Positions 1 through 8,120 of a stretch of 11,939 nt of DNA are shown piece after piece. Source of the stretch: an uncultured delta proteobacterium (lineage in GTDB: Bacteria; Myxococcota; Myxococcia; Myxococcales; Myxococcaceae); NCBI GenBank assembly GCA_963771175.1, contig CAVYSY010000055.1, positions 1-11,939 of the forward strand, given 5' to 3'. The position numbers and the translations under genes were made by a program. The notes below the pieces were generated by a model. The model worked only from the letters and a program-made list of their open reading frames with translations. It had not been told where the DNA came from and did not search any database. The stretch's first letter is position 1, and the number at the start of each line of letters is the position of its first letter.

Positions 1-1
1 G

Positions 2-91
2 CAGGTGTCGCAGGGGGCGCTGTGTCTCGCGCCGCAGCGCCAGGACTTCGCTGACGTGATGGTCCTGCGCAGCGCCGCCTTCGCCGAGTAG
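2..91 (+). CDS. 3' end of an upstream gene (partial, unknown product)
   Basis: Open frame QVSQGALCLAPQRQDFADVMVLRSAAFAE ending in TAG at 89-91, with G/C at almost every third position. Too short to assign a product. Confidence 0.45.
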   Translation, partial: QVSQGALCLAPQRQDFADVMVLRSAAFAE

Positions 92-279
92 CGCCGCTCC
101 CCGCGCCCACGAACAGGCCAAGACGCTCAGCGCGAAGCTCCTGTTCCCGTCCCCCTGTCGCGGACTGGGGCGGCCCCCGTGCCAGGAGCTCGGGCGCGCC
201 CGTCTTGTTTGTGGCATCCGGCCCACGCGCGCGTTAGGGCGAGAGCCTCGCGGCAAGCGCCGCTACACGGAGGGGCACG

Positions 280-1306
<1,027 letters not shown>

Positions 1307-1308
1307 CA

Positions 1309-2208
1309 TCAACCCGGAATGCAGTACCAGGGATCGAGGGGGTGGTGGCGTCCGCACGTGAGCCCCGGCCCACAGTCCTCGGGCGCCCGTGGATCGCAGG
1401 GCTTGTGGCACTCGTAGAGGTGGCAGAAGGTCCCTTCAGGGCAGGAGGAATCCTTGCCACAGAGACTCCTGCATTCCGTCCGAATTTCCCAGGGGCGCTG
1501 CGGCGGCTCGAGAACCCTGCAGACCTGTCCCGTGGGACAGGGGTTCTTCCGGCAGTCCGGGCCCAACACCTGGGCACAGATGGAAGTGCGCTTGCCGCGC
1601 GGCAGGCATGTCAGCCCCTCGGGGCATGGGCGACCCTCGCAGGAGGGCAGGCAGGAAGGGGGACCCTCACGTCCTTCCGAACAGAAGAAGCCCGCCGGAC
1701 AACTCGACGGCTCATCCAACCGGCACGGCCGGCCACACCGCCCCTGGCAGAACAACCCTCGTGCACAGCCATCCTCGGGAACAGCGGGAAGCACCCTGCA
1801 ACGCTCCCCTTCCTTCCTCTCACCCACCAGGGAGCAAATGCGAACCGTGGCTTTCCCACTGGCGGTCTTGAGGGGAACACAGGAAAAGCCTTCATCGCAT
1901 TGACGATCTGTCTCGCAGGTACTGTCCAAGCACAAATGAAACTGTGAGGAGTTCTTGATGAAGCAACCCAGTGGCGACTCGCAGTCCGCGTCCGTGAGGC
2001 ATTGCCGCTGGTATGTCAGCAAGGATTGCCGGACATCGGACGAAAGCATCGGAATGAGATTCTCCTCCTGCTGTGCCTGCTTGTGTGTCCCCAGCGGGAA
2101 AGTGGAGAGAATCCACAGGCATGGGAGCAGGAGAAGCGCACAGCTCAAGGCAATCAGAAGTACGCGCCGCAGCATGGGTCGTCCCATCAAGACTCGAACC
2201 TCTACCAT
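1309..2208 (-). CDS. Cysteine-rich membrane-anchored or secreted protein (8 four-Cys modules), function unknown
   Basis: 299-aa ORF with an N-terminal basic plus hydrophobic segment (RRVLLIALSCALLLLPCLWILS), followed by 32 Cys mostly in C-x4/7-C-x5-C-xn-C units such as CPEGLTC, CPTGQVC, CPEGTFC and CPAGFFC. The ATG overlaps the end of the upstream gene (ATGGTAG). A downstream Met could be the true start. Confidence 0.85.
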   Translation of the reverse strand: MVEVRVLMGRPMLRRVLLIALSCALLLLPCLWILSTFPLGTHKQAQQEENLIPMLSSDVRQSLLTYQRQCLTDADCESPLGCFIKNSSQFHLCLDSTCETDRQCDEGFSCVPLKTASGKATVRICSLVGERKEGERCRVLPAVPEDGCARGLFCQGRCGRPCRLDEPSSCPAGFFCSEGREGPPSCLPSCEGRPCPEGLTCLPRGKRTSICAQVLGPDCRKNPCPTGQVCRVLEPPQRPWEIRTECRSLCGKDSSCPEGTFCHLYECHKPCDPRAPEDCGPGLTCGRHHPLDPWYCIPG

Positions 2209-2450
2209 TCCTCTTCTTCGAGTTCCTCAGGAAGAGGACACGCCACGGGACAGCTCCCGGAATGGTCGAATTCCTTGCCACAAAGCGCCAACCACTGTTC
2301 CTCGTTCAAGTGGCACGAGCTGCGGGACAGGGACTCCTTGATGATGTTTTTGTGCAACGTTTTTTGGACGTAACCTTCCTTGCCCCAAGTATGCGGGCAC
2401 CCAGCCTCCACGGTGAGCAGCAGCGCCAGCATCAGCACTCGTTGTGTCAT
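2202..2450 (-). CDS. Small putative lipoprotein (82 aa) with a 4-Cys C-terminal motif and acidic tail
   Basis: GAGGA RBS upstream of the ATG at 2450. MTQRVLMLALLLTVEAG-C is a signal with a lipobox-like Cys. Mature part CPHTWGKEG...C-x10-C-x9-C-x3-C-PLPEELEEEEW. The longer start at 2645 in the ORF track looks spurious. Confidence 0.75.
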   Translation of the reverse strand: MTQRVLMLALLLTVEAGCPHTWGKEGYVQKTLHKNIIKESLSRSSCHLNEEQWLALCGKEFDHSGSCPVACPLPEELEEEEW

Positions 2451-2686
2451 GGGAGCATTCCTCGTGACGTAGGGTAGCAGCGCACGCGTATCCGCGGATG
2501 AAAACAGATGCTGAACCTCACGGGATGGAGACGCCTCCAAAGATGACGGAACGCACCCGACCCTCCTCCCACCTGTGTGCGGATACCCAGCTGCGTATCT
2601 CCTGCACGCCTCTGCATCCACAGGCCAGCGGTCCCCCTCTCGCATTCAGTGCCAAGCCACCCACCGTCCTGGCGCGCACGCAGAAG

Positions 2687-2768
2687 CCCGCCCGCGATGT
2701 AGATCTCCACTACTCGCGATAGGTCCAACGCGGCGATGAAGTTCCGAGGCCGGAGGCCCATGAATTGC
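2687..2768 (-). pseudogene. Possible short remnant of a DUF692/MNIO-family gene
   Basis: Translation QFMGLRPRNFIAALDLSRVVEIYIAGG resembles the DUF692 segment F-x-x-x-L-[PD]-L-x-R-V-x-E-I-H-[LIV]-A-G-G. The flanks show no recognisable continuation. Confidence 0.35.
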
Positions 2769-2903
2769 CGAGACATGCGCGCCATCCTCGACGAACGGCT
2801 GGAGCATTTCACGTTCGGATGGCTCCAGCCGTCCGTAAATCGGCATGGCCGGTGGGAAGAACAGACATCCCGTCGGGGACCCCTCTCACAGTCCCCCTGC
2901 TTC

Positions 2904-2979
2904 CGTCCCTCACTTCTGGACGTCCAGAAGCATCGCACATACACCCACACCACTTCTGGACGTCCAGAAGTGACGGGCG
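2904..2979. repeat. Two copies of a perfect palindrome, forming both a direct and an inverted repeat
   Basis: CACTTCTGGACGTCCAGAAG at 2911-2930 and 2951-2970 (40-bp period). Copy 1 contains an 18-bp perfect palindrome (2913-2930) and copy 2 a 22-bp one (2951-2972). 2910-2930 pairs perfectly with 2953-2973 and extends imperfectly to 2904/2979. Confidence 0.95.
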
Positions 2980-3046
2980 TTTCCTCCGAAAGAGCACCTC
3001 GGCGGCTTAACCTGCCGAGCCTGCCCCCCACGTCGTCGAGGACGCA

Positions 3047-4231
3047 ATGCCCGCGGTGAAGAAGCCCCGGTCTCCCCAGGACACGCTGCCCGCGCGCCTC
3101 CAGTCGCTGCTCAAGGGCCTCACCCAGCGCGAGCTGGCCGAGCGGCTGGAGCGGGTCTACCGGGCAGCGGCGCTGGCCATCGACCGGCTGGGGCACCTCA
3201 ACATCGTCAAGTACGAGCCCACCACGCTGGAGGAGACGGAGGGGGCGGATCTGTCCCTCTGGGAGACGATGGCGCCGGCCATCCGGGACACGGTGGTGGA
3301 CGTGAACGCCCTCGTGTCCGCCGTCCGCGAGGCCTTCCCGCCGCCCGCGGAGGCCCCTCGCACCGGAGCATGGGAGCCGCCCTCCGCGAGCGCCGACGAG
3401 CGCCTGGCCCAGGAGGTGGAGGCGGTGCTGAACGCGTGCGCGCAGCGCCTGTCCAAGCGCGTGGCGGACCTGGGCCAGCGGGTGCGGCGACCCGAGGTGG
3501 TGAGCGACCGCTGGGCCCTCATGGCGGAGTTGCAGTCCTTCCGCGCGGACTTCCGCTCGCAGATCGGCGACCTCGTGTACCTCACGGCGGCGGCCTTCGC
3601 GGACGTGCAGCGCGAGCAGGTGGTACCGGGCTACCAGGCCGAGGTGTCCTCGGCGGCGACGCTGCGGGGCGCGGTGGCGGAGCTGCGGCGCTCGCTGCAC
3701 GCGAGGCTGGAGAAGGCGGCGGCCGCCCCCCCTCAGGAGCAGCCCGCACACGCGCGGCGGCTGGAGGAGACGCTGGCGGCCTTCGCGGGCATGCCGGCCT
3801 CGCTGACGATGAAGACGCGGGACAAGCGCCAGCTCGTGGAGCTGCGCGAGCACCTGCGCGCCCTCGCCTCCCAGCCGGAGCTCTCCGCTCCCGAGCTGCG
3901 GGCGCGGGTGGAGCCCTTCCTGGGCGAGCTGGGGCGGGTGGGCGCGGAGCTGACACAGCGGCTGCTGACGGCGCACGACCGCGCGGTGTGGACGGCGTGC
4001 GGGGCACGGCTGGAGCAGGCGTCCCTGCACCTGTTCCTGGGCTCGCCGGGAGCCGCGCGGGTGGTGCGGGAGGCGGTGACGGCGGCGGCGGCGCTCCAGG
4101 GTCGGGCGCCGGTGTTCGACGCCTTCCTGCGCAAGGTGCGCCTGGCTCCCGAGCAGTCCTTCGAGGACGCGGAGCTGCGCGAGACGCTCGAGCTCTTCCG
4201 GGAGCGTCTCGCGGCCCTACCCTTCACCTGA
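3047..4231 (+). CDS. Hypothetical protein, predicted largely alpha-helical (394 aa)
   Basis: Long ORF with strong GC3 bias and GAGGA RBS before the ATG. Ala/Leu/Glu/Arg-rich, with no signal peptide, TM segment or catalytic motif recognised. Confidence 0.85.
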   Translation: MPAVKKPRSPQDTLPARLQSLLKGLTQRELAERLERVYRAAALAIDRLGHLNIVKYEPTTLEETEGADLSLWETMAPAIRDTVVDVNALVSAVREAFPPPAEAPRTGAWEPPSASADERLAQEVEAVLNACAQRLSKRVADLGQRVRRPEVVSDRWALMAELQSFRADFRSQIGDLVYLTAAAFADVQREQVVPGYQAEVSSAATLRGAVAELRRSLHARLEKAAAAPPQEQPAHARRLEETLAAFAGMPASLTMKTRDKRQLVELREHLRALASQPELSAPELRARVEPFLGELGRVGAELTQRLLTAHDRAVWTACGARLEQASLHLFLGSPGAARVVREAVTAAAALQGRAPVFDAFLRKVRLAPEQSFEDAELRETLELFRERLAALPFT

Positions 4232-4244
4232 GGTGAGGCGGGGA

Positions 4245-4523
4245 CTACTTGGACTCGACCTTGGCGCCCTCGGGCAGCGCGGCGGGCGCGACCACGGTGT
4301 TGCGTGGAATCACCATCCGGCCGTACTCCTCGGCGAGCGTGGCGGGCGTCATCTCCTCCTGCCACTGCTTGGGGTTGGTGTTCCACCCGAAGTCGGCGGG
4401 CACCTTGCCGCCGCCCTGGTTCTTGTAGCCGATCATGTCCGGGAACTTCGTGGACCAGCGCCCAGCGGGATCCGGCTCACGGGTGATGGGCTCACGGTTG
4501 GCTCGAGGCGTGTAGTTGCTCAT
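4245..4523 (-). CDS. Small hypothetical protein (92 aa)
   Basis: AGGAG RBS upstream of the ATG, high GC3 and protein-like composition (WSTKFPDMIGYKNQGGGKVPADFGWNTNPKQWQEEM), unlike the shadow ORFs. Confidence 0.8.
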   Translation of the reverse strand: MSNYTPRANREPITREPDPAGRWSTKFPDMIGYKNQGGGKVPADFGWNTNPKQWQEEMTPATLAEEYGRMVIPRNTVVAPAALPEGAKVESK

Positions 4524-4601
4524 GGCGCGTGACTCCTAGCAGATGCGCGACCTCTCCGGAACCGCCACCCGGCCCCGGCGGATGCCCGGAGCCTTCCCCA
4601 C

Positions 4602-4838
4602 CTACGTGGGCCCGCTCGCTGCCCTCTCGACGGAGGGGGCCTCGGCCCGGGAGCCCCGTCCCCGCCGACGGCCCGTGGTCGGCGGCAGCCACCGCGGACC
4701 GAGCTCGAACACGGCGGCGAAGTAGCGCGCCTGCGCCTCGCTGCCATACCGGTAGCGGCGCACACCTCCCTCCTTCAGCGTCACCTCCACCCCCCAGCCC
4801 TTCCTGTGCCGACGCAGCGCGACTCGCGCAATCTCCAT
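4602..4838 (-). CDS. Small basic hypothetical protein (78 aa)
   Basis: MEIARVALRRHRKGWGVEVTLKEGGVRRYRYGSEAQARYFAAVFELG..., G-rich RBS (GGAGG) upstream of the ATG at 4838. It is the C-terminal part of track ORF 4602..5186. Confidence 0.7.
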   Translation of the reverse strand: MEIARVALRRHRKGWGVEVTLKEGGVRRYRYGSEAQARYFAAVFELGPRWLPPTTGRRRGRGSRAEAPSVERAASGPT

Positions 4839-4872
4839 CCCCACCCTCCCCCTCCAGGAACGCCCTTCCTCA

Positions 4873-4889
4873 TGGAAACGGCGTGCCAA
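4873..4889 (-). promoter_or_regulatory. Candidate sigma54-type promoter with an imperfect -12 element
   Basis: The minus strand reads TTGGCACG-CCGT-TTCCA against consensus TGGCACG-N4-TTGCW. The -24 box and spacing are perfect, with one mismatch at the conserved -13 G. Lies about 35 nt upstream of the ATG at 4838. Confidence 0.35.
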
Positions 4890-5045
4890 CCCGAGCGCCT
4901 GTCCTCGCCCGGTTGCGGTGTGCGTCCGTGGACAGAGGCGGGGAAGACAGTAGGGCGTACAGGCCCGCTCGCCTGCCCTCCGGGGAGGCACGGAAAACGG
5001 GGGCCTTCGCCTTGTGGCGGCCGATTCCTGCGTTACGTGAAAGGC

Positions 5046-5261
5046 ATGACCGACATTCACGAGAGCACCCCGGGCGAGAACATCGCCGAGTTCACCCTTC
5101 CCCAGGGCTGCATGCTGTGCGGCGGCGCGGTGTCCATCCGCAGCACGCCGGGTGGCGGCGCTCACAGCTACTGCCCGCACTGCCACTGGCTGTCGCGCAC
5201 GCGGCTGCGCATGCGCAAGGACGGCCTGGAGATCGCCTACGCCACACAGGGCAACGCGTAG
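5046..5261 (+). CDS. Small zinc-ribbon-like protein (71 aa)
   Basis: MTDIHES...GCMLCGG...SYCPHCHW has two CxxC pairs. High GC3. Stop TAG at 5259-5261. Confidence 0.75.
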   Translation: MTDIHESTPGENIAEFTLPQGCMLCGGAVSIRSTPGGGAHSYCPHCHWLSRTRLRMRKDGLEIAYATQGNA

Positions 5262-5267
5262 GCGCCC

Positions 5268-6170
5268 TTACCGCAGCAACCACAGCACGAGGGGCACCGT
5301 GGCGAACGAGAGCGGAATGCCCAGCCCCACCATCAGGGCCGACAGCGGTGGATCCAGGTCATGATCCGCGGCGAGGATGGCCCCCGTCACCATGGGCGCC
5401 ATGGCGGCCTGGAGCACGGAGACGTCGAAGGTGAGACGTCCGATGCCGGGCAGCGCCAGCAGCACGAGCGCAATCCCCAGCGGCGCCAGCGCCAGCTTGT
5501 AGCCGAGCCCCAGCACCAGCGCACGCACCCGGCCCTTCACGCCCGAGGGCCTCAACTGGAAGCCCACCGAGAAGAGCGCCAGCGGGGTGAGCAGGTCTCC
5601 CAGCCGGCCGAGCACCACCTCGAACCAGCCGGGATACGCCCACGGGCGCAGCAGGGCGGCGGCCACCAGGGCGAGGAAGGGCGGGAAGCCCACCACCTTC
5701 TTCAGCAGCGTCCCCAGCCGGGTGTCCTGCGCGGCGGCCTGCGAGGCGAAGAGGGTGGCCACCGTGCCCAGCACGAGGAACGAGCCGAGCTGATCCACCA
5801 CCACCGCCACCTGTAGCCCCTCGCGGCCCATCAGCCCCTCGATGAGGGGCAGGCCCACGAAGGCGGTGTTGCTCAACCCCCCGGTGAGCACGAGCGCCGC
5901 CACGGTGCCCGGCGCGAAGCCGAGCCGCGGGCCCACCGTGCGGAAGAGGAGCCACGCGCCACCGAAGACGAGCCAGGGCGTGGCGGCGGCGGCGAGCAAC
6001 TCGGGGGCGAGCGACACCTTGTGCACCGCGCGCAGCACCAGCGCGGGCAGCGCCACGTTGAGGACGAAGGCGTTGAGCGCCAGTGCCGTCTGCTCCGGGA
6101 AGCGGCCGCTGCGCCGGGCGAGCGCTCCGAGGAGGAGGCTGGCGGCCAGCAGGCCGACGAGCTGGCTCAT
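5268..6170 (-). CDS. AEC (auxin efflux carrier) family membrane transporter
   Basis: 300-aa polytopic protein with the AEC-type motifs LNAFVLNVALPALV, SNTAFVGLPLI, FPPFLAL, LTPLALFSVG and LQAAMAP. AGGAGG RBS. Confidence 0.92.
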   Translation of the reverse strand: MSQLVGLLAASLLLGALARRSGRFPEQTALALNAFVLNVALPALVLRAVHKVSLAPELLAAAATPWLVFGGAWLLFRTVGPRLGFAPGTVAALVLTGGLSNTAFVGLPLIEGLMGREGLQVAVVVDQLGSFLVLGTVATLFASQAAAQDTRLGTLLKKVVGFPPFLALVAAALLRPWAYPGWFEVVLGRLGDLLTPLALFSVGFQLRPSGVKGRVRALVLGLGYKLALAPLGIALVLLALPGIGRLTFDVSVLQAAMAPMVTGAILAADHDLDPPLSALMVGLGIPLSFATVPLVLWLLR

Positions 6171-6330
6171 CTGCCCCTCCTCTCGGAAGCACGCGGGGCG
6201 GGGCCTGCCTCCGCGGACAGAAGCGGGCGCTCGCGGCGGAGGAACTCGGCGAGGAAATGGAGGGTGGTGCGCACAGGCGCCTTGTGCTGCAAATCCGGAT
6301 GCACCACCAGCCAGAAGTCATGGCGCCGCC
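6167..6330 (-). pseudogene. C-terminal remnant of a LysR-type regulator substrate-binding domain
   Basis: HDFWLVVHPDLQHKAPVRTTLHFLAEFL matches the LysR C-terminal WLV-HPDL---A-VR---DFL pattern. Its stop overlaps the AEC start (ATGA). There is no room for the HTH and N-terminal part before the divergent MFS gene. Confidence 0.65.
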
Positions 6331-6394
6331 CCTCGCCCCACCTGGCGCCTCCCTCTGGCGCCCATGCGCGGCTTGCCGCAAGCTGTGCCCCGAC

Positions 6395-7655
6395 ATGAAG
6401 CACCTGTTGGGGCGACTGGCGGCGGAGATTCCGCGCGACGGCGGGGGGACTGCCGGGCACATACTGGTACCTGTGGACGGGCACGCTGGTGAACCGGCTG
6501 GGCTCCTTCGTGGTGCCCTTCCTGGCCCTCTACCTCACGCGCGAGCGCGGCTTCCGGGTGGAGGAGGCCGGGCTGGTGGTGTCGCTGCACGGCGCGGGCG
6601 GAGTGCTGGCCGGGCTGGTGGGCGGGACGCTCGCGGACCGCGTGGGCCGGCGCGCGACGCTGGTGGCGGGACTGTGGCTGGGCTCGGCGGCCATGCTGTC
6701 GCTGGGCTTCGCGCGCGCCACCTGGCACATCTCCCTGTCGGCCTTCCTGCTGGGCCTGCTGGGCGAGCTGTACCGGCCGGCGGTGTCCGCGGCCATCGCC
6801 GACGTGGTGCGGCCCGAGGACCGCCCGCGCGCCTACGGCCTCCTGTACTGGGTGGTGAACGTGGGCTTCTCCATCGCCCTGCCACTGGCGGGGCTGGCCT
6901 CGCGCTTCGGCTTCCTCGCCCTCTTCGTGGCGGACGCCTGCACCACCTTCCTCTACGGCGCGCTCGTCTGGTGGAAGGTGCCGGAGACGCGCCCCGCCCG
7001 ACCCCAGCGGGGCGCGGAGCCGTCCCACCGGCTGCCCTCGCTGGCCCCCTTCCAGGACACGGTGTTCCTCGCCTTCGCCCTGCCCACCCTCCTCACCGCC
7101 ATCATCTTCTCCCAGAGCAACGTCACGCTGCCGCTGGACCTGACGTCGCACGGCATGTCCACGGCGACCTTCGGGACGGTGCTCGCGATGAACGGCGTCC
7201 TCATCGTGCTGCTGCAGCCCTTCGCCGGCCGGGCCATGGGGCGCATGCGGCGCGCCTCGGCGCTGGCCTGGGCCTCGGCGCTGACGGGGCTGGGCTTCGG
7301 GCTGCACGCGCTCGGCGCCAACCCGGCGCTGGCGACACTCGCGGTGGTGGTGTGGACGCTGGGGGAGATCGCCCAGTCGCCCGTGGGTTCGACCGTGGTG
7401 GCGGACCTCGCGCCTCCTGAGCAGCGCGGCACCTACCAGGGCGCCTATTACATGCTGTGGGCCCTGTCCTCCTGCCTCGCGCCCACGATTGGCTCATGGG
7501 TGCTGGGCCGCCATGGCGGGTATGCCCTGTGGGGAATCTGCCTCGCGGTGGGGCTGTTCGCCGCCGGCTGGCACCTGGCCATCGCCGAGGCCCGCCGCCG
7601 CCGCCTGGACACCCTACGCCGCACCCGCCCCGAGGTGAGCGCCGCGCTCGACTGA
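6395..7655 (+). CDS. MFS transporter (MdtH-like drug efflux type), with a probable 1-nt insertion near 6429-6432
   Basis: Motif A GTLADRVGRR, multiple TM segments and C-terminal APPEQRGTYQG. The frame is open upstream of GTG 6489 (GGLPGTYWYLWTGTL). Removing one base in GAGATTCCGC joins it to ATG 6395 (MKHLLGRLAAEIRAT). Confidence 0.9.
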
Positions 7656-7715
7656 GCCTGGCGCCCGCGCGACAACCCCGTTGACACACCGTCATCCATC
7701 CCGCACAGGTACGCC

Positions 7716-8120
7716 ATGAGCACTCTACCGAAATGCCCGAAATGCAGCTCCGAGTACACCTACGAGGACGGCAGCATGTACGTCTGCCCGGAGTGCGCCC
7801 ATGAGTGGTCGAAGGATGCGGCGGTCGACGCGACCGAGGAAAAGCGCGTCGTGCGCGACGCCCACGGCAATGAGCTCAAGGACGGCGACAGCGTCATCGT
7901 CATCAAGGATCTGAAGGTCAAGGGCGCGTCCTCGTCGTTGAAGGTGGGCACCAAGGTCAAGAACATCCGCATCGTCGACGGCGATCACGATATCGACTGC
8001 AAGATCGACGGCTTCGGCGCGATGCAGCTGAAGTCGGAGTTCGTGAAGAAGGCCTGCAGTTCGAGTTTCGCAGTTTTTGACGGCCAGGAGGAGCGAGCGG
8101 CGGAAGCGCTGGTGGGCTGA
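7716..8120 (+). CDS. yjdM: Zinc-ribbon protein YjdM (PhnA family), reading through 21 codons into the IS end
   Basis: [86 protein letters not shown]. The family normally ends at FVKKA (8054). Confidence 0.95.
   Translation: MSTLPKCPKCSSEYTYEDGSMYVCPECAHEWSKDAAVDATEEKRVVRDAHGNELKDGDSVIVIKDLKVKGASSSLKVGTKVKNIRIVDGDHDIDCKIDGFGAMQLKSEFVKKACSSSFAVFDGQEERAAEALVG

Noticed and set aside
2911..2970. Mini CRISPR array
   Set aside because: Only two 20-bp units with a 20-bp low-complexity spacer, repeats fully palindromic with no loop, and no cas genes in the window.
2447..4030. 527-aa minus-strand ORF
   Set aside because: Antisense shadow of the high-GC3 3047..4231 gene with Arg/Gly/His/Gln-rich composition. 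Only a short DUF692-like patch was retained separately.
6083..7420. 445-aa plus-strand ORF (and similar ORFs 5359..6462, 6318..7307, 4529..5434)
   Set aside because: Alternative-frame, GC-driven ORFs overlapping well-supported genes. Only MKHLLGRLAAEI is used, as the MFS N-terminus.
7681..7710. Sigma70 promoter for yjdM (perfect TTGACA)
   Set aside because: No credible -10 hexamer at 16-18 bp spacing. That position overlaps the RBS-like AGGT.
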